From positions 9,796,001 to 9,860,000 of the forward strand of contig JAGIQG010000012.1 of assembly GCA_024679065.1 (NCBI GenBank): a DNA stretch of 64,000 nt. Reading direction: 5' to 3'. The notes under the pieces were generated by a model. The model did not search any database, was not told the origin of the DNA, and saw only the letters and a list, made by a program, of their open reading frames with translations. A program made the translations under genes and the position numbers. Numbering within the stretch: position 1 is the stretch's first letter; every line of letters starts with the position of its first letter. Origin of the DNA: Sphyrna mokarran. Its lineage: Eukaryota. Positions 37,001 to 52,000 of this stretch are shown here, piece after piece.

Positions 37001-40000
37001 TCATTGTCTGTATAACTAATCTCTACACAAGTAAGAAACCAGTGTTTAATGTGAATGCCTCTTATAGGGTTGCTTATCTCAGTACTTACGCAATGTTTAT
37101 CTCCGTTTAATCAAGTTCTTTCATCGATACTGACTTCCGTTTACTGGCTCTGATTGCATAGCTGCAGAACCTCATACTTTGGTGAAACAACACCCACTTT
37201 CAGTGTTGGTGTACCATCTTTTTTATGTGGCCAACTCTCCGTAACGTTTGTTCCCGTGTAAACAAGAACAGTAGTTCTTTCCTCATTTAGTATTGCCTCA
37301 ACTCTACCATCTGTCTCAGGCTGTTGTGTAAATAAAGAAACATTACAGAATCGCCATCTAGATAGACATACAGAAGAAGCAGTAAATTCTTATAGATGAC
37401 GTTTTTCCAATCCAAATCTTGAACAGGAAGCATGTGCATTTATGAAATATCTTCCGTGCTCTGAACACATCAGTGAGCCTCATGACCAATTAAGTACTTC
37501 TGAAACATAGTGGACCTAATAATGTGGGGGAATGTGATAATGTGTGCGTAGAAGAGTCCTACAAACTGCAATGAAATAAATGACTGAGAAAGCTTTTCAT
37601 AATTTTGGTTGACAAATATTGGCTAGGACACCAGGGAGGACTGTAATAGCATATGATCTTTTATGTCCATCTGGGTGCGCAACTGAAATCTCCACTTGCA
37701 TCTGAAAGAGCACTTCCCGTATACAGTAAATCTTGTGAATGTCACATATATGCTAAGGTAGGTTATGTGCTGAAGCCACAGAAATGAGGCTTGGAAACAA
37801 CTGAGTGCAACTGCTGAACTAAGGCTGGCAGATTTGAGATGTTCTGTCCCTTCTGTTATGCTGTTGGTCTACTAGTGTTTTTTCTGGTTCTTTCTTTATT
37901 AGCCCACTAGCTTTTTGTAATAGCAACCCAAATCATTTTATTTTTTAAGATTGGAGAGATGATCAGATGAGTAATTCTACTGAGGGTGTAAAGTGAAAAA
38001 GATTTTTGGTGTGAAGATTCAATGCAATTTGGGCAAAGACATGCAGTCAGTTGTTATGGTTGACTGTTTTATTTCAATACTTCGTGTTTTCAATTTAATT
38101 AGATGATTAATTTGTTAGTACTATATAATATTTAGTAAAGGCAATTATCAACAGTGCTACTTTGTAGCATCTTCAGCATCTAATTGTTTATAGAGTCACC
38201 AGAATTATAACATCGTAGTATTTGGCAGTTATTACAAATAGATATTCATTATGATGTTTACAAAAGTATTACACAGGCTGTGCAATGTTATAGTTGGCTG
38301 TGCTGAACTCTCAAAATATAACTTGATGTGAATGATTTTAAAGGATTTCTGCGAATGGGAATAAACCAAGTAACATGATTTGTGTTCACAGATGGTGTTG
38401 AGAAATTGGATTCTGGGTGGTTAACTTGCCAAAGTGAAATTCGTTTGAGGTTGCATTATTCTGAGAAACCTCCAGTTTCCATATCCAAGAAGAAGTTCAA
38501 GAAGTCCAGGTTTAGGTAAACTTTCTCTTTCTAAACATTTAAAGCCATTCAGGATATTAAACTTGGACTTGACAAGATGATTTTGGAACTGTTGTGTGCT
38601 GTAGGTTGAGATCACTAAACTCAATGAGGGCTTATTCTCCACGGATTTGTGTTTAAAAAAAAAATGCAATCATGGAGTAATAACGAATTTTGTATGAAAA
38701 TAACTGAACGTTGTAGATGTTTCAAGAGCTTCCATCGTAGCAGTAAAACATATCGACACTATTACTTCTCTGTGGAAATATTTATAGTGTCAATGCTTTG
38801 CTAGCTATCTGTGAAATAGTGTTTGTTAGAATGTATGTTTAGAGCACTAAGGGTTCTGGATCTTGTCATAGCTAACCGCTTTGCAGCTTTAGACTTTCAA
38901 TCTTAAGATAACATCAAATTTTTGAAATAGTTGCTTTTGTCATAGTTGCTTCTGGCTGTATTTCCTTGTAAATAGGCAAATGGAATTTACTGTGTCTGGA
39001 GCTACTGCAGGGTTTTTTACAGTGTAATTTTGAGAAGTTGAATTGTGATTAAAGAGTTTCTGGATCGCAGTGTGGTATGAATTAGTCTGTTGCTTTTCTT
39101 TTGTCTGAACAGAGAGGGTCATAGTAAAGAAGTAGGATAATCAACAAAGGTTTTAGCAATACAAAGGATAGGGAGGATTATTGTGAAGATATTGCTCTGA
39201 TACTTAATGTTATGGAGCATCATCTTTAAGGAGGAAGAAGAGATGGGGATGTTCACAGAGGGAATAACCAAAATGTAGGGTCTTGACTTCTGAAGACATA
39301 GCAAATAGTGGTTAAGTGATTTAAATTAGACTAATGCAATATATGAGAATTTTGCAGATGGAGGAGGTTGGAGGTAAAGAGGACAAGACAATGTAGTCAC
39401 ATGAAAAACTAGGACAAGATTTTTTAAATTGTGATATGGTATTGGTGAGCGAGCAAGGGTGTGATGGGTGAACATGTCTTGGTGGCCTTTAGCATGTTTG
39501 CATTGGAATTTTGATTGTCAAGAGTGCGTTGGAATGGTCAAGTTCAGAGGCAACAGTGGCTTGGAAGAGGAACTCAGCAGATAAGTTGAGGCAGGAATGG
39601 AGTTGGATAATGTTAAGGGTAAAGAGAGGCAGTCATAGTGTGGTTATGTGGTGGAAGCTCATCTTGGGATCAAGTATGAAATCAAGATTGTGAACACTTT
39701 GGTTCAGCCATTAGCTGTTGCTAGGTAGAGTCAGTAGAGAATGGAGTTTGTGGTGGAGGCTAAGAATTATGCTTTCAGTCTTCCCATTTCCTGATGTGCA
39801 ATTTGAGGAAATTTCTATTCATCCAGTTCTGGATGTCAGACGAGCATAGGGTTTGACAAGCAGAAGGTGAATTCAGAGGCAGCCACTGTGGAGAAAATTT
39901 GCAGAATGCACTCAGCTGTTTTTAGCAAACTCTCTTAACTTATGAAAAGCATCATAAGTGATACAATTGAAGTATTCCAATTAACTTTGTAGGAATAACA

Positions 40001-43000
40001 GTCCAATTTTGGAAAACTCTGAGGAGAACCAATGTATCATGGAATAAAGAAAATGGTTTGAGACTTGTCTGCTATGGGCATGTTTAGCAGAAGGGCAGAA
40101 CCTGGCTTTCTGATACTCGTATAGAATCAACTGCTGCAGCAGATCAGGAATAAATGTAATGCATGAAATTAATTTTCTCCTCCCACCCTGCTCCTCTAAA
40201 AGAAAAAAAAATGAGGCCTGAGTAGCAAGTAAAGGCTGTTACCTGAATTGTTCCAAGAAAGTGAGGGAAAATCTTGGTCCACTTGGGAAGGGGGACTATC
40301 TCATTTCCATTTTTGGCAATTAGCTGGTTGACGTGGTCGTCAATGCTACAGGCCTAATCCACTATGCAAGAGGATATACATTGGACCAGCAAATTAACAC
40401 ACAATGCAATTGAAAAATGTACCATTTAAGATAAGATTCATTCTGAATAGAAGATTGTTTTATGTAGATGGGAATACCTAATGTTGCTGACCCAGATGTG
40501 CAACAAGGTATATGAACAAGGTAATTATATGGTTCTAGTTGAATGTCAGAGGTTTGTAATAACCTTAGGAATTGCTTGAATTGCCTAGCTAATGCACTGA
40601 TCTTGCACACACTGAAAGGAGTTTGCCTTTTCTTATTAGAAGTCATTTTCTAATAAAATAAATGTAAAATTACAGTGAATGTTGAGTAAATGCCCTGCAA
40701 TTTTTCAAAAATTGAATTCTTTAATACTCTTTGTGTTTAAAGGGTGAAGTTGACATTGGAGGGTTTTGAGGAGGAGGATGAAGACGATGACCCCAAACTG
40801 GTTACTACCTCAGTGCAGAAAATGCCCAATACTTTAGAAATTTCCTTAATCAGTGACAGTGGATACAAATCGCGTCATTCCCAGCCAGAGTGTGGCTATG
40901 CCTTGGAACCTGGACAGTGGACAGAGTATAGCATTCAAACCATGGAGCCAGATAATCTGGAGCTCATTTTTGACTTCTTTGAGGTATGGTAATTTTTATG
41001 CTATTGCAGTTCTTTATGAAATAAAAATCTTCTGAAGGAACTATGTAAAATTATACTTTGTGAAATTCAGGATTGAAGGAAAGAACTGATTATGAAACCT
41101 TCATATTGGAAAAGTAATTGCTCTATTCAATAAGGAAAATTATTCAAAGCATTGCTTTGTTGACAAAGTTTGCACCCTTATCCAACACTTTGCTGCTGAA
41201 CAACCTTGTTCTAAGTAAGCCTTTGCCATTCAGTCAGAAGCAGCGTTAAGAATTTTCTCCAAAACAGTGGAACTAAACATTGTATTTTTCAATCTCTGTT
41301 CAACAAATTTTGTGATTTCTTGGGAATTGCAACATGTTAAAGGATGTTTATTGGTCAGGAAATGTAAAGCCTCTGTTTCAGTCCTGGAGAGATTTTGAGC
41401 AGGTCAGTTTTATGTATTTTCAGCTTCCACTTGTATTCCATTCTGGAAAAAAATCTTCAGTGCTGGGTTTTTTGTCATATCAGGAATGAATTGTCTTCTG
41501 TGTTGCTCCCCATCTTTATTGGTGTTCATTTTCAGACTATTGGCTGTTGAGCCCTCCTACCAACAGTTAGCCATAGTCATCTTCCAGTATCAGTCGCTTT
41601 CCAATTTTCTCATAGGCAAACCTTTACTCCAGACTCTGCAAATACATTTGATATGGTTGTTGAAAGAAAATCCTGAGTGCCTGACTATATAGATGTTCAT
41701 CTATTCAGAACACTTATAACAAAGATCTCTTTCAATCTCAGAATAAGGAGTGAAGTGTGAGGCACTGTATCGTACTCTGTTAACAAACATGCTTATGTGG
41801 GGACAGAGAATGTCATTTTCATTTTGCCTCTGTTGTTGGATTACGGCTCTAAATCAGAATCAAATGTTGCTATTAGCAAAAGGTGGAATGTTTGACCTCT
41901 TACTGACACATGAGTTCTCATCATTGCAGCCACTTCAGTGTTGATAGGGTGGGAAGTGTTTTTAATCAAAAGGTGAACCTGCAGTTTTTTTTTGAAGAAA
42001 ATGAAAATGAAGGAAGTTCTATTCTGGGAAGTTTTTTTCTTCAAAAAACATTGATAGCACTTCACTCTTGATAAGCATAAACGCAGACTGTGCTGGTTAG
42101 TAAGTAAAGATCCTGGATACAATAAATATAGGTTAGCCTTTCTGGGTTCAGCTGTTGAAAAGCTCTCTTTATCGACTTTTCATTTTCTGATGTCTCATTT
42201 GGCAGAAGTATTCTTTTCCTATCTGGATCTAGTTCTCACAATCTTCAAATGGTGTTGCCTCCATTCATTGTCTGAAGTAAACCTAGAGTTCAATAAAGCT
42301 ATTAAGCAACAGTTTAAGAGAGCACTAAATGAGCACTGCTGTTAAGATCAAGGCAAAGGTGGAGTTGAGAATGATCCAAAAAGTCAGATGGATTTTGAAG
42401 AATAGATAGCAAAGATAACCAATTGAGTAAGGGCAAGTGGAATGGGTAAGCAGAAAGCAGTGCAGCATAAAAATACTGCCAATCAAATTTAAGGTGAATT
42501 GGACTGTAAGAAACTAAGCCAACGCAGTGATGGGTGTAATCATCTGAGACTGACAATGGCTTAGATAATGGAGTGTAGAGAAGACTTGATTTGATAGAAG
42601 TATTCAAAATCATGAGGAATAGACACTGAATTTGAAGACCGTATACACATTGAAGGATGATTGGTACTCAGCTGGGAATGAAGGTTGAAAAATTGGGCAG
42701 GAGTATTGAAGAATAATTACGTACATCTCTTTTTCTGCTACATTTCTCTTTGGATTTGTTGTTTTATCCAGAATGAGCAAGTTGAATTGCTTGTATTTTT
42801 AAATATTGTTTAAATTTGTATCTCTTGTGTGTTTCTTTTTCAGGAAGAGTTGGGTGTAGCAGTAGTGCAAGGTGATGCATTACCTGGGCTTGTAGGAACA
42901 GCCTGTCTTCTATCTTCAACAATTGTAGAAAAATCCAATGGAGTTATCACACTTCCCATCATGAGCAGAAATTCTAGACAAACAATTGGAAAAGTGAAAG

Positions 43001-46000
43001 GTATCACTATCCAAAACTGGAAGATTGTGTGACTGCATCATTGCAAATTGTACATTGTGTGTTCAGTAAGCTACTCATAATAGTCTGTGGTTGTCTGTGT
43101 TCAATTTAAAGATTTCCTACTGTATATTCATATTTTATCCAAATGCTTTGGACAGCGGGTAGCAAAGTTAACTACTAGATACAAATCATTTTTGGTCAGT
43201 TATATATAATTAAAATAATTTTAAATAAATAGCTATAAATCATGAGCATTACAAATTATCTAACAATTCAGTAACCTAGATTTTAAAGGCTATTAGAATA
43301 ATATGTTGGTGCAGTTTTGTTTTTGTTTATTTTGTGTGTCTTTGTTTTCCTTTGCCAAGTTTATTTTTCATCCTCTTTCAAATCTGTTGACTGTTCATTG
43401 TAGATAAATTAATGGATTCTGGCCATTAGTCAACTGTAAGTGGGTGACTTTTGCATCTAAATAAATTCCAATCCACAATTGCACACCAACTTTCTAGCAG
43501 TGATAGCCAGGTAGTGTTGAGAACCAGAGTTATTTTTCCTCACTAAACCTGATTATCCTCCAAGTTGTGATACTAGACAATGTCAAAGTTGAAACCTTCC
43601 TGCTGGACTTCCTGGTTTATCCCCTTCTATAATGAAACCTCTGCCATCTGTTCATAATTATTTAGGGAATTTGTCATATTTTGCTGCCCAGTTTTTTTAT
43701 ATATAAAAAAAGGCCATTCAGCGCATTGTCTGCATCACTCTCTGAGCATTTCACCTTGCGCCATTCTCCTTCTCCCTGTAACTCAGCACTTTGCTTGTTT
43801 TCAAACAATCATTCGATTCCCTTTCAAATGCCTTAATTGAACCTGTCTCCAACGTACCCTCAGACTTCATTCCAGACCCCTAACTACTTTCTCCTTTTAT
43901 CAGTTATGTTTAATTGAAACACTTTGATTTTCAATCATTCTAGCAATGGAACAGTTTCCACCATGTCCATTTTGTCCAGCTCCTCATGATTTCGAATACA
44001 TCTATCAAATCTCCTGTCAGCTGTCTTTTGTTCAGAAACTTTTCCAAAGTTTCTCATTCCTGAAACCATTGATAAATCTTTTCTGCACATTCTCTCTAAT
44101 GCTTTCATTCACATTGTTCCTAAAATTTGGCATCCAGAACTGAATGCAGTACTTCAGCTGAGATGTAACCTAATGTCAGCTTAACCTGCTTGCTTTTAAT
44201 AAAGCCTTGGATACAGTAAGATGCTAGTTTTTAAAAATGGTCTTAAATTAAGATCTTTTAGCAAAGTAATTAACTACAATGGTTAAAGCTTTCATTCGAA
44301 AATAACAAATAATAGTTGAATTGTTATATATTAAAATTATTTAAATGTTTGATGGACTAGAATTAACCTTGGTATATGTATTAGAAACGAGGGTTCTAGT
44401 CCTGTGAGTCAAATGCAAGTTTAGTAACATTTACTTGAACATATTCTTAGACAATGCCCAGAAAACACACACACTCTCAAATTACAGTAATTGAATTCAT
44501 TTTTCTAGATCTGTTCTGTTTATCTTTGTGCTCTTCAGGTGACATTACTGTATAAGTTCGGCCACAAGACTCCTCCATCACCACCTCCATGACTTTCATT
44601 TCTGATGCTACAGTGACTGTTATTAGCTCAACATTCCAAAGATTTAGTTTCTGCTGTAAGCAGGAGATAAAAGGCTCCACTGCATGGTCTGAAGACATAA
44701 CATAAACTGGCTTATCTATTGACATTCGCATCAAAAGAAATATTCATGAGAAAATTGAAATTGTCCAAGGCTATTTTATTTAAGGTACACCCTTTCAGGC
44801 GTGTTAAGGCTCCATAGATAATTGCCTATTTCATTCAGTCTCTGAAGGAGTCCCCTTTCATCTACAAAAAGGGGTATTTAATTGTAATGAAATTGAAATG
44901 CAACAAAATCTACTGCTTTAGCAATAGCAATTGGATTGTAAAATATTAATCACTTCTGTCTGTCTTTATCTGTGTATGTAGTTGACTACCTCGTTATTAA
45001 GCCTTTGGACGTCTATGTTTGTGACATGTCTCCTTCCTTGTCCAAGTATTGGAAACCAAGAATGGCTTTAGATGTTGGGCACAGAGGTGCTGTGAATACA
45101 TCATCTGCAAAGTAAGTATTAAATTAGTTAAAATCCTCTCATTTTTGATAATCAAAGTAAAGCAGTTGTGAGAGGTGATAACAGCTTTTATAGTGTATTC
45201 GTGCTAAGTTGGGTATATAGCTGAATTTTTTAAATCTACCCCAAAATTGCACCCAAAATACAAACCACAAGAGCATATGGTGCTGCAGTTGCTATTTCCA
45301 CCTTCACTTGTATTCTTAAACCTGTTATCAATTCATTTTTTAAGAGATTAATTAACCTCATGTGAACTGTTCTGAAGATGCCATGTAATTCATAACATAA
45401 AATATAAAATTTAAAGAATGACTGTTCAAACTAAACTTTAAAATTATTTTTGTCCTCAGTCTAAATAGATATGAAATTGATTGTGTTAAAGTGTAAAGTT
45501 CAATTTTGTTTCAAAATGTCACAAAGGGTCAGTGACTTGAATGCCTCTCGCCCCCTTTAACTGAGTCTATCGTGAGTGAGATGTCTATGTGCTTTCTTTC
45601 CTCTTGACTTCCATCCTGGCTCTTGATGCAGGTAGACCAACCATACAGTTCCCAGCATGAGACATTGGGAGCAGTGATTTGTCCATTTTGTTGCTGGAAT
45701 GGACAATCTAAACACAAGCCTTTTTTTTAAACTGTGGTTAAGAGATACCCCTTTTCTGCTCTTCTCCTTCTTCCTTTCTCTCACCTTGCATCTCTGTCCT
45801 TTTTCTTTTCTGTTTCTTCACTCAAGATCACCAGAACCATTGCAAGTGTGTAATTGTGTTGTGATATGTTTGTTGTACTGTTTCCCATTGTAAATACGGA
45901 TTTATAAAGAAAATAAAAGCGGACTTATCTTCAGCATGGCGACTGAATTGTATCTGCTCTCCTTGAGAAAATTATGCTGTAATCCCACTTCATCCTGAAG

Positions 46001-49000
46001 GCTGTTTTTTAAGCCTCAACTCAGCAAATGTAATGACTTGTCCTTTTTTTCATTTGGGAGCTGAAACATAAGTACAATCCATCTGCCTGGTTAAAATAGA
46101 AGCAATCATGCAAGTTTAAAAAAAAATCTGTGCACCCCTCCGTAAACAACATGTGATATTTAGTGTCTCAGCAATAAACAGAAATGTTATTAATGTTTTC
46201 TGGATTTTTTGTTTCCATTTTACACCAAAATGTTGTTGCCTGCTCACTGGAGAATTAATAAAAATGATTAGTTCATCTTTAATTTCAGAAATTATTTAAA
46301 TGTACATGTGCATTCAACACATTTCGGTTTATTGGTGCTGACCTTTTTCCCAATTGTCTTTCAGCCTTGCAAAAGTTCGAGAAAACACGATAGCTTCCTT
46401 TAAAAATGCCGCTAATCATGTAAGTAGAATAAAAACAATGTTTTTCTGGCATATGTGGCTTTAAGGGTCACAATAAACACATCTTCTGATCCAGACTGGT
46501 ATTGCTAGATTTAACTTGAGGAACTAAATTTATGGCCCAGTTTCAGACCATAAATGTTGTTTTCAATACAAGAAAAATTGCACTTTTGACCTGAGAAGCA
46601 GATTTTTGATCTTGAGTGAATTAAATTATACAACTGAATATCTTGTGACTCATTTAGATGGAAAGATATAGGAGGTGTTGGCTATTTAAAAGTTTGCTAT
46701 GGTACAAGTCTAAGGCCTTTCTGTGGTACCTGCTACAATGGAATTAAAGTAGATCATCAGCCATGAGGACCAAATGGTTTATTCTTTTTACTAATGTTTT
46801 TTCTTATAAAATACTTTATTTTATAATATTCCAGTCTTTGTAATCTTTCATGCAATTCGTTATATGATCATCAATCCCTTGCCCCACAGCCTTAGCTTGG
46901 TTTCATTCTTCACTACTGTTAGCTTCTCTTCTCATCCTAACATCATTATTGCAAGGCTTCATGATTGCCTGCCAAAACCACCACTTCCTCATTCTTAATC
47001 CATGTCGTCCTTGCAACAGTATCTAATATGATGGGGTCCAATATGATACATGCTGATAGCATCAACTCTGAGTTCTCTTAAGGTTTCCTGTGCCTTTACC
47101 CTGTTAGATTGCTTGCCCTTCATCTGTAGTAAGACCACCTTTCTCCACCTAAATATTGGAATGCTCTAGCCCAGGCCATATCGGTGAATCTCTGCTACAT
47201 TCCTGTAGGTGCAATCATATCCAATATATAGTGTGATAGCCAGAACTTCACACAACTCTAGCTGTGGTCTAATGAGTGTTTTATATAGCTGTATCAGGAC
47301 TTCCTTGCTGTTGTATTCTCTGCCCCAGCTAATAAAGGCAAATATCCCATGAGCCTTAACCATTGTATCTACTTATCCTGTTGTCTTGGGCATCTTTGGA
47401 CATGGAACCCAAGATCCCTCTGCTTCCTGATATCCAATCATTCATTGTATATTTAAAAGCAAAATACTGCAGATGCTGGAAAATCTCAGCAGATCTGACA
47501 GCATCTGTGGAAAAGAACAGAGATAACATTTCAAATCTGGATGACAAAGAGTTAGAGAATCTTTGCAAATCAATTTTGGCAACCCGTTTTTAACATCCTG
47601 CAACCTGGCTTTAAAAACCAATGATCCAGGGTGACATAACAATTTGAATAGTGAGCAGTAATGAATTATTGAAGATATTGGTTCAACTGAAATACAAAAC
47701 CAAACAGTATCTAATCATTGCAATGGTTCAAGCAAGCATGGACGAATGAAAGTAAGTTGGCATTCTCCCATTGTCTCTGTCATTCCTCTATTATGATGTG
47801 AAGATGCTGGTGTTGGACTGGGGTAAGCACAGTAAGAAGTTTCAATGCCAGGTTAAAGTCAAACAGGTTTATTTGATAGCATGAGCCACGAGCTTTCAGA
47901 GCGCTGCTCCTTCATCAAGTAAGTGGGAGTTCTGTTCCCAAACAGGACATACAAAGAATCTCAATTTACAAAACAATGGCTGGAATGCAAGTCTTTACAG
48001 ATAATCAAGTCTTAAAATACGTTGGAGAGACCATGCAGGTACTATGACAATGGATGAATGAGCCCTGCTTGACAATTATCAGGCAGGAGTGTTCTCTCCC
48101 TGTTGGGGAACACGTCAGCAGTCATCGGCATTCAACCTCTGATCTTTGGGTAAGCATTCTCCAAAGCGGCCTTTACGACGCACAATGCAGAATTGCTGAG
48201 CAGAAATTGAGAGCCAAGTTCCGCACACACGACAATCTCAGCTGGGATCTTGGGTTCATGTCACACTATTTGTAACCCCACAACTTGGCTGGGCTTGCAA
48301 AATCTCATTAACTGTTCTGGCTGGAGACAATACACATCTCTTTAATCTATGCTTAACCTTCTCTCCACTCACGTTGTCTGTAACTTTAAGACTTGATTGC
48401 CTGTAAAGACTCGCATTCCAACCATAATTTTGTAAATTGAGTTTGTCTTTATACCCTATTTGCGAATAGAACTCTCTCTTACCTGATGAAGGAGCAGCGC
48501 TTTGAAAGCTTGTGGTTTGTGCTACCAAATAAACCTGTTGGATTTTAACCTGGTGTTGTGAGATTTCTTACTATTAATCATCGTACGTTAAAATGCATTC
48601 ATCCTTTGTTTTATGTAAAATGCTATCATGTTTACTTGTGTAACAAGTTGGGAAACATTGAAGCATTTATACAAGACATGATAAGACCTGTTTAAATAAC
48701 ACTTTCCCTGGCATATATTGACTTTAATTGAACCATTAGCAAGGTGTTGAGCGGAAGCTTAAAGTTTAGTTAATGAAATGTAATTGTGTTTTCCAAATTA
48801 ATTATAAGTCAGAATCTATTATGAAGTTTCTGAAAAAGGCCTGAAATTGATAAGCTGACTTCAGGTACACCAGCTAATTGTATTAAAAGTATTTTGAATA
48901 TAAAGAAGTGTTTGATTTCTTGCAGGGTGCTGCCTTTGTAGAGTTTGATGTCCATCTTTCAAAAGATCTTGTTCCTATTGTATACCATGATCTGACCTGT

Positions 49001-52000
49001 TGTATATCAATGAAAAAGGTATGTAATATTTTATTTTTGCACTGTCTGCATGTAAGAGAACACAGCCAGTTGGCAACATTGGTGCAAATAGCATATATTT
49101 AAAGTGATTACAAACATTGTGAAATATGCCTGTGACTTTTATTCGGCATGGGGTGAAAGACTCGGCCCTTTTAGGTGATTGTACTACTTTCATTGTGTGA
49201 AATATACATCTGCTGCTTGAAGTTAGTGTTTCAATGTACTTTGTTTTTGATTAGTAATATTTTAATCTTGTTTTGCTGAGGAAATTTGATCTTCCCTGGA
49301 TTGAATGCTACAGAAAAGTAGTCAGCCTTCTGGTTGTAATGTTATTTTTCATTGAGCTTAACATGCTAGACATTTTTCCTGGGCCAATTTTTACATTGTG
49401 TTTTTAAAACATACTCTGCAATAGAATCTCAGAATTCTGATTCTATGAATTGTTGTGGTGCAAAGGAAATAATTGGCCCACAATAAAAGCAAATTACTGT
49501 GGATACTGGAATCTGAAACAAAGAGGAAATGCCAAAAAATTTCAGCAGGTCCGGCAGCATCTGTAGGGAAAGAAAAGAGCTGATGTTTCGAGTCCAGATG
49601 ACCCATTGTCAAAGATAATTTGGCCCATCATGTCTGCATCGGTTCTCCAAGAGCACCATGACTTAGTGCTACTCATTGTCTTTTCTCATGCCCTTGTACA
49701 TTATTTTGATGTGGAGATGCCAGGATTGGACTGGGATAGGCACAATAAAAAATCTTGTAACATCAGATTAAAGTCCAACAGGTTTTTCTTAAGGCAGCAC
49801 GAGCTTTCAGAGCACAGCCCCTCACGTGATGAGGGGGCTCCAAAAGCTCGTGTTGATGAATAAACATGTTGGATTTTAACTGATGTTGTGAGGTTTCTTA
49901 CTATTACTTTGATTAGATCTTGAATATCTCAATTGAACCTGCTACCACACTTTCAGGCATTTGCTGTGTGGTGGGGAGAAATTCTCACCTCACATTTGCT
50001 GCTTTTACAAATAATTTTAAATCTGTGCCTTTGTTGTTGGTTCTTTTGATGAGGTTCTGATTTTTCTGAATAAGTTTTGAATTGTTTTGATTTTTGTTAT
50101 TGTGTGCATTATGTTTCCAACTTTGTTATGCTTTCAGAAACTGGACAAAGAATCTTCAGAATTATTTGAAATTCCAGTAAAGGAACTTACGTTTGAACAG
50201 TTGCAACTATTAAAGGTATGAAACGTTATAGTTAAGACTATAAGTTTTGTGCGCTTTAGTCATGTACTTAATGTCAAAAAGAGTAAGATATGGTAGACTG
50301 AATTGGATGAATACAATAAACTTGTACATGAAATAGATATCCGCTTACATTTGGCTAGTTTAATAGAAAGAAAAGCATTTACATCAGCTAGGGGTCTAGA
50401 AAACTTGGATATGTGAAAAACATTTCTCAAACTTCTAGAGATAGTCGATTAAATGGCTTTGCTTGGGGACAACTGGGTGGAATGTTTTGTTTCTATTATT
50501 TCACTGCATTCGCTATTTATTAACAACATTCTTGGGTTACATTACAGCCTCATTTAAAACCATCTTGTATCAGACTTTTCTCGAGTTTTGTTTTATTATC
50601 AGCACGAGAACAGACTGTTCACCTCAACCAGTTATACCAGTGTTCATGTTCTACCTGCACTTACTCCCACTCTTTTCTTGAAATTTTGTCCTTCATTTAG
50701 CCTATCAAGGCATCCTTCAATTCCTTTCTCCCTTGTGTACTTATCTAGCTTCTCTTAAATAGGATTATGCTATTTATTTCAACCATTCCATTTGCTGCAA
50801 TTTCCACATTCTCACTACTCTTGAATGAAAGAAGTTTCACCTGAATTCTTGGATAACCATCTTATGGTCCCTGGTTTAGAATTGCTCCGTAAGTAGAAAC
50901 ATTTTACCTGCGTTTACTTTAGTCAAACCTTCACAGTTCTGAAGACCATCAATCAGGTCACCTGTCTTTTTTTTCCATCTTGGGAGCCCCAGCCTGTTCC
51001 AAATTGTGTTTGGAAGAAAATCTTTTTGTATTGAAGCAGCTGTATTCTTTTGTAAAATTATTTCTACTGTCAGTTCCATTTATTGAAAGCCTTGTCTCAT
51101 TGTGATCCTCTAGTCTGTAGTTACAAGCTTTTTCTGCTTTGTTCATTAATATAATTTTTTTAAGTTTAACTTTGACTCTTGAATGACCAGTTAGTACTGT
51201 TGTAAAAAGAGACATACTGTCAAAGTTTTGCATCTCACAACCATCTGAACAGATGTAAGAATGTCAAATTTTGAAACAAGCAACAATTTATACTGTATGA
51301 GAAAAGGGTGCTGATTGGCAAAATTAATCTAATCAAGTTGTTGTCATTGAAAATGCATCAGGGAACTACTTCCCACATTGGAAAAAGTGCAATGCCTGGA
51401 GATATTTCTTCTGCCTTCAAAGATCAGATCCTTCTGTGTTGTTTGATTCAATCTGCCTGTCATTGGGATATAGGCACCCAGCCCCTTCTCCCCTCACTGG
51501 CACTAAAATTCATATACTGCATTGTTTATTTATGTGGTAGGCAGAACACCCTTTTGGCTTGACTCTAACACTTTGCTAATGAAAGATAGCACTTGTTTAG
51601 TGTTCTAAAGTAGTTGTGTAAGACAGCTAGCTTCAATTGTTGCTAAAATTTTTGAGGTACCTTGCCCTTCGAAGGTAATTTAAGGCAGATAGATTTGGCA
51701 CTTTTTGGGTCTCAAAATGGTGGCTTGGCCCACTTGAGAGTGCTGAATTGTATCAAACAGCATAATTTTTTGCAATAGGCAGAGTCATGGCCTATGCTCG
51801 TACAATTCAGCACACTTCGAATTGTTCAGCAAGTGCTGTCCAACCGCAGACTTGTATCCATTAAGAATTAAGAGTAAGAATCAACATTAAATCGTCAATT
51901 GAGCTTACAATGTGACTCATACTTGCTAGCTATATGTATTCGTATACATTGGCTCATCTGCAAATAACAGGAGTATGTTTAAGCGTTGATAGTAGTTCCC

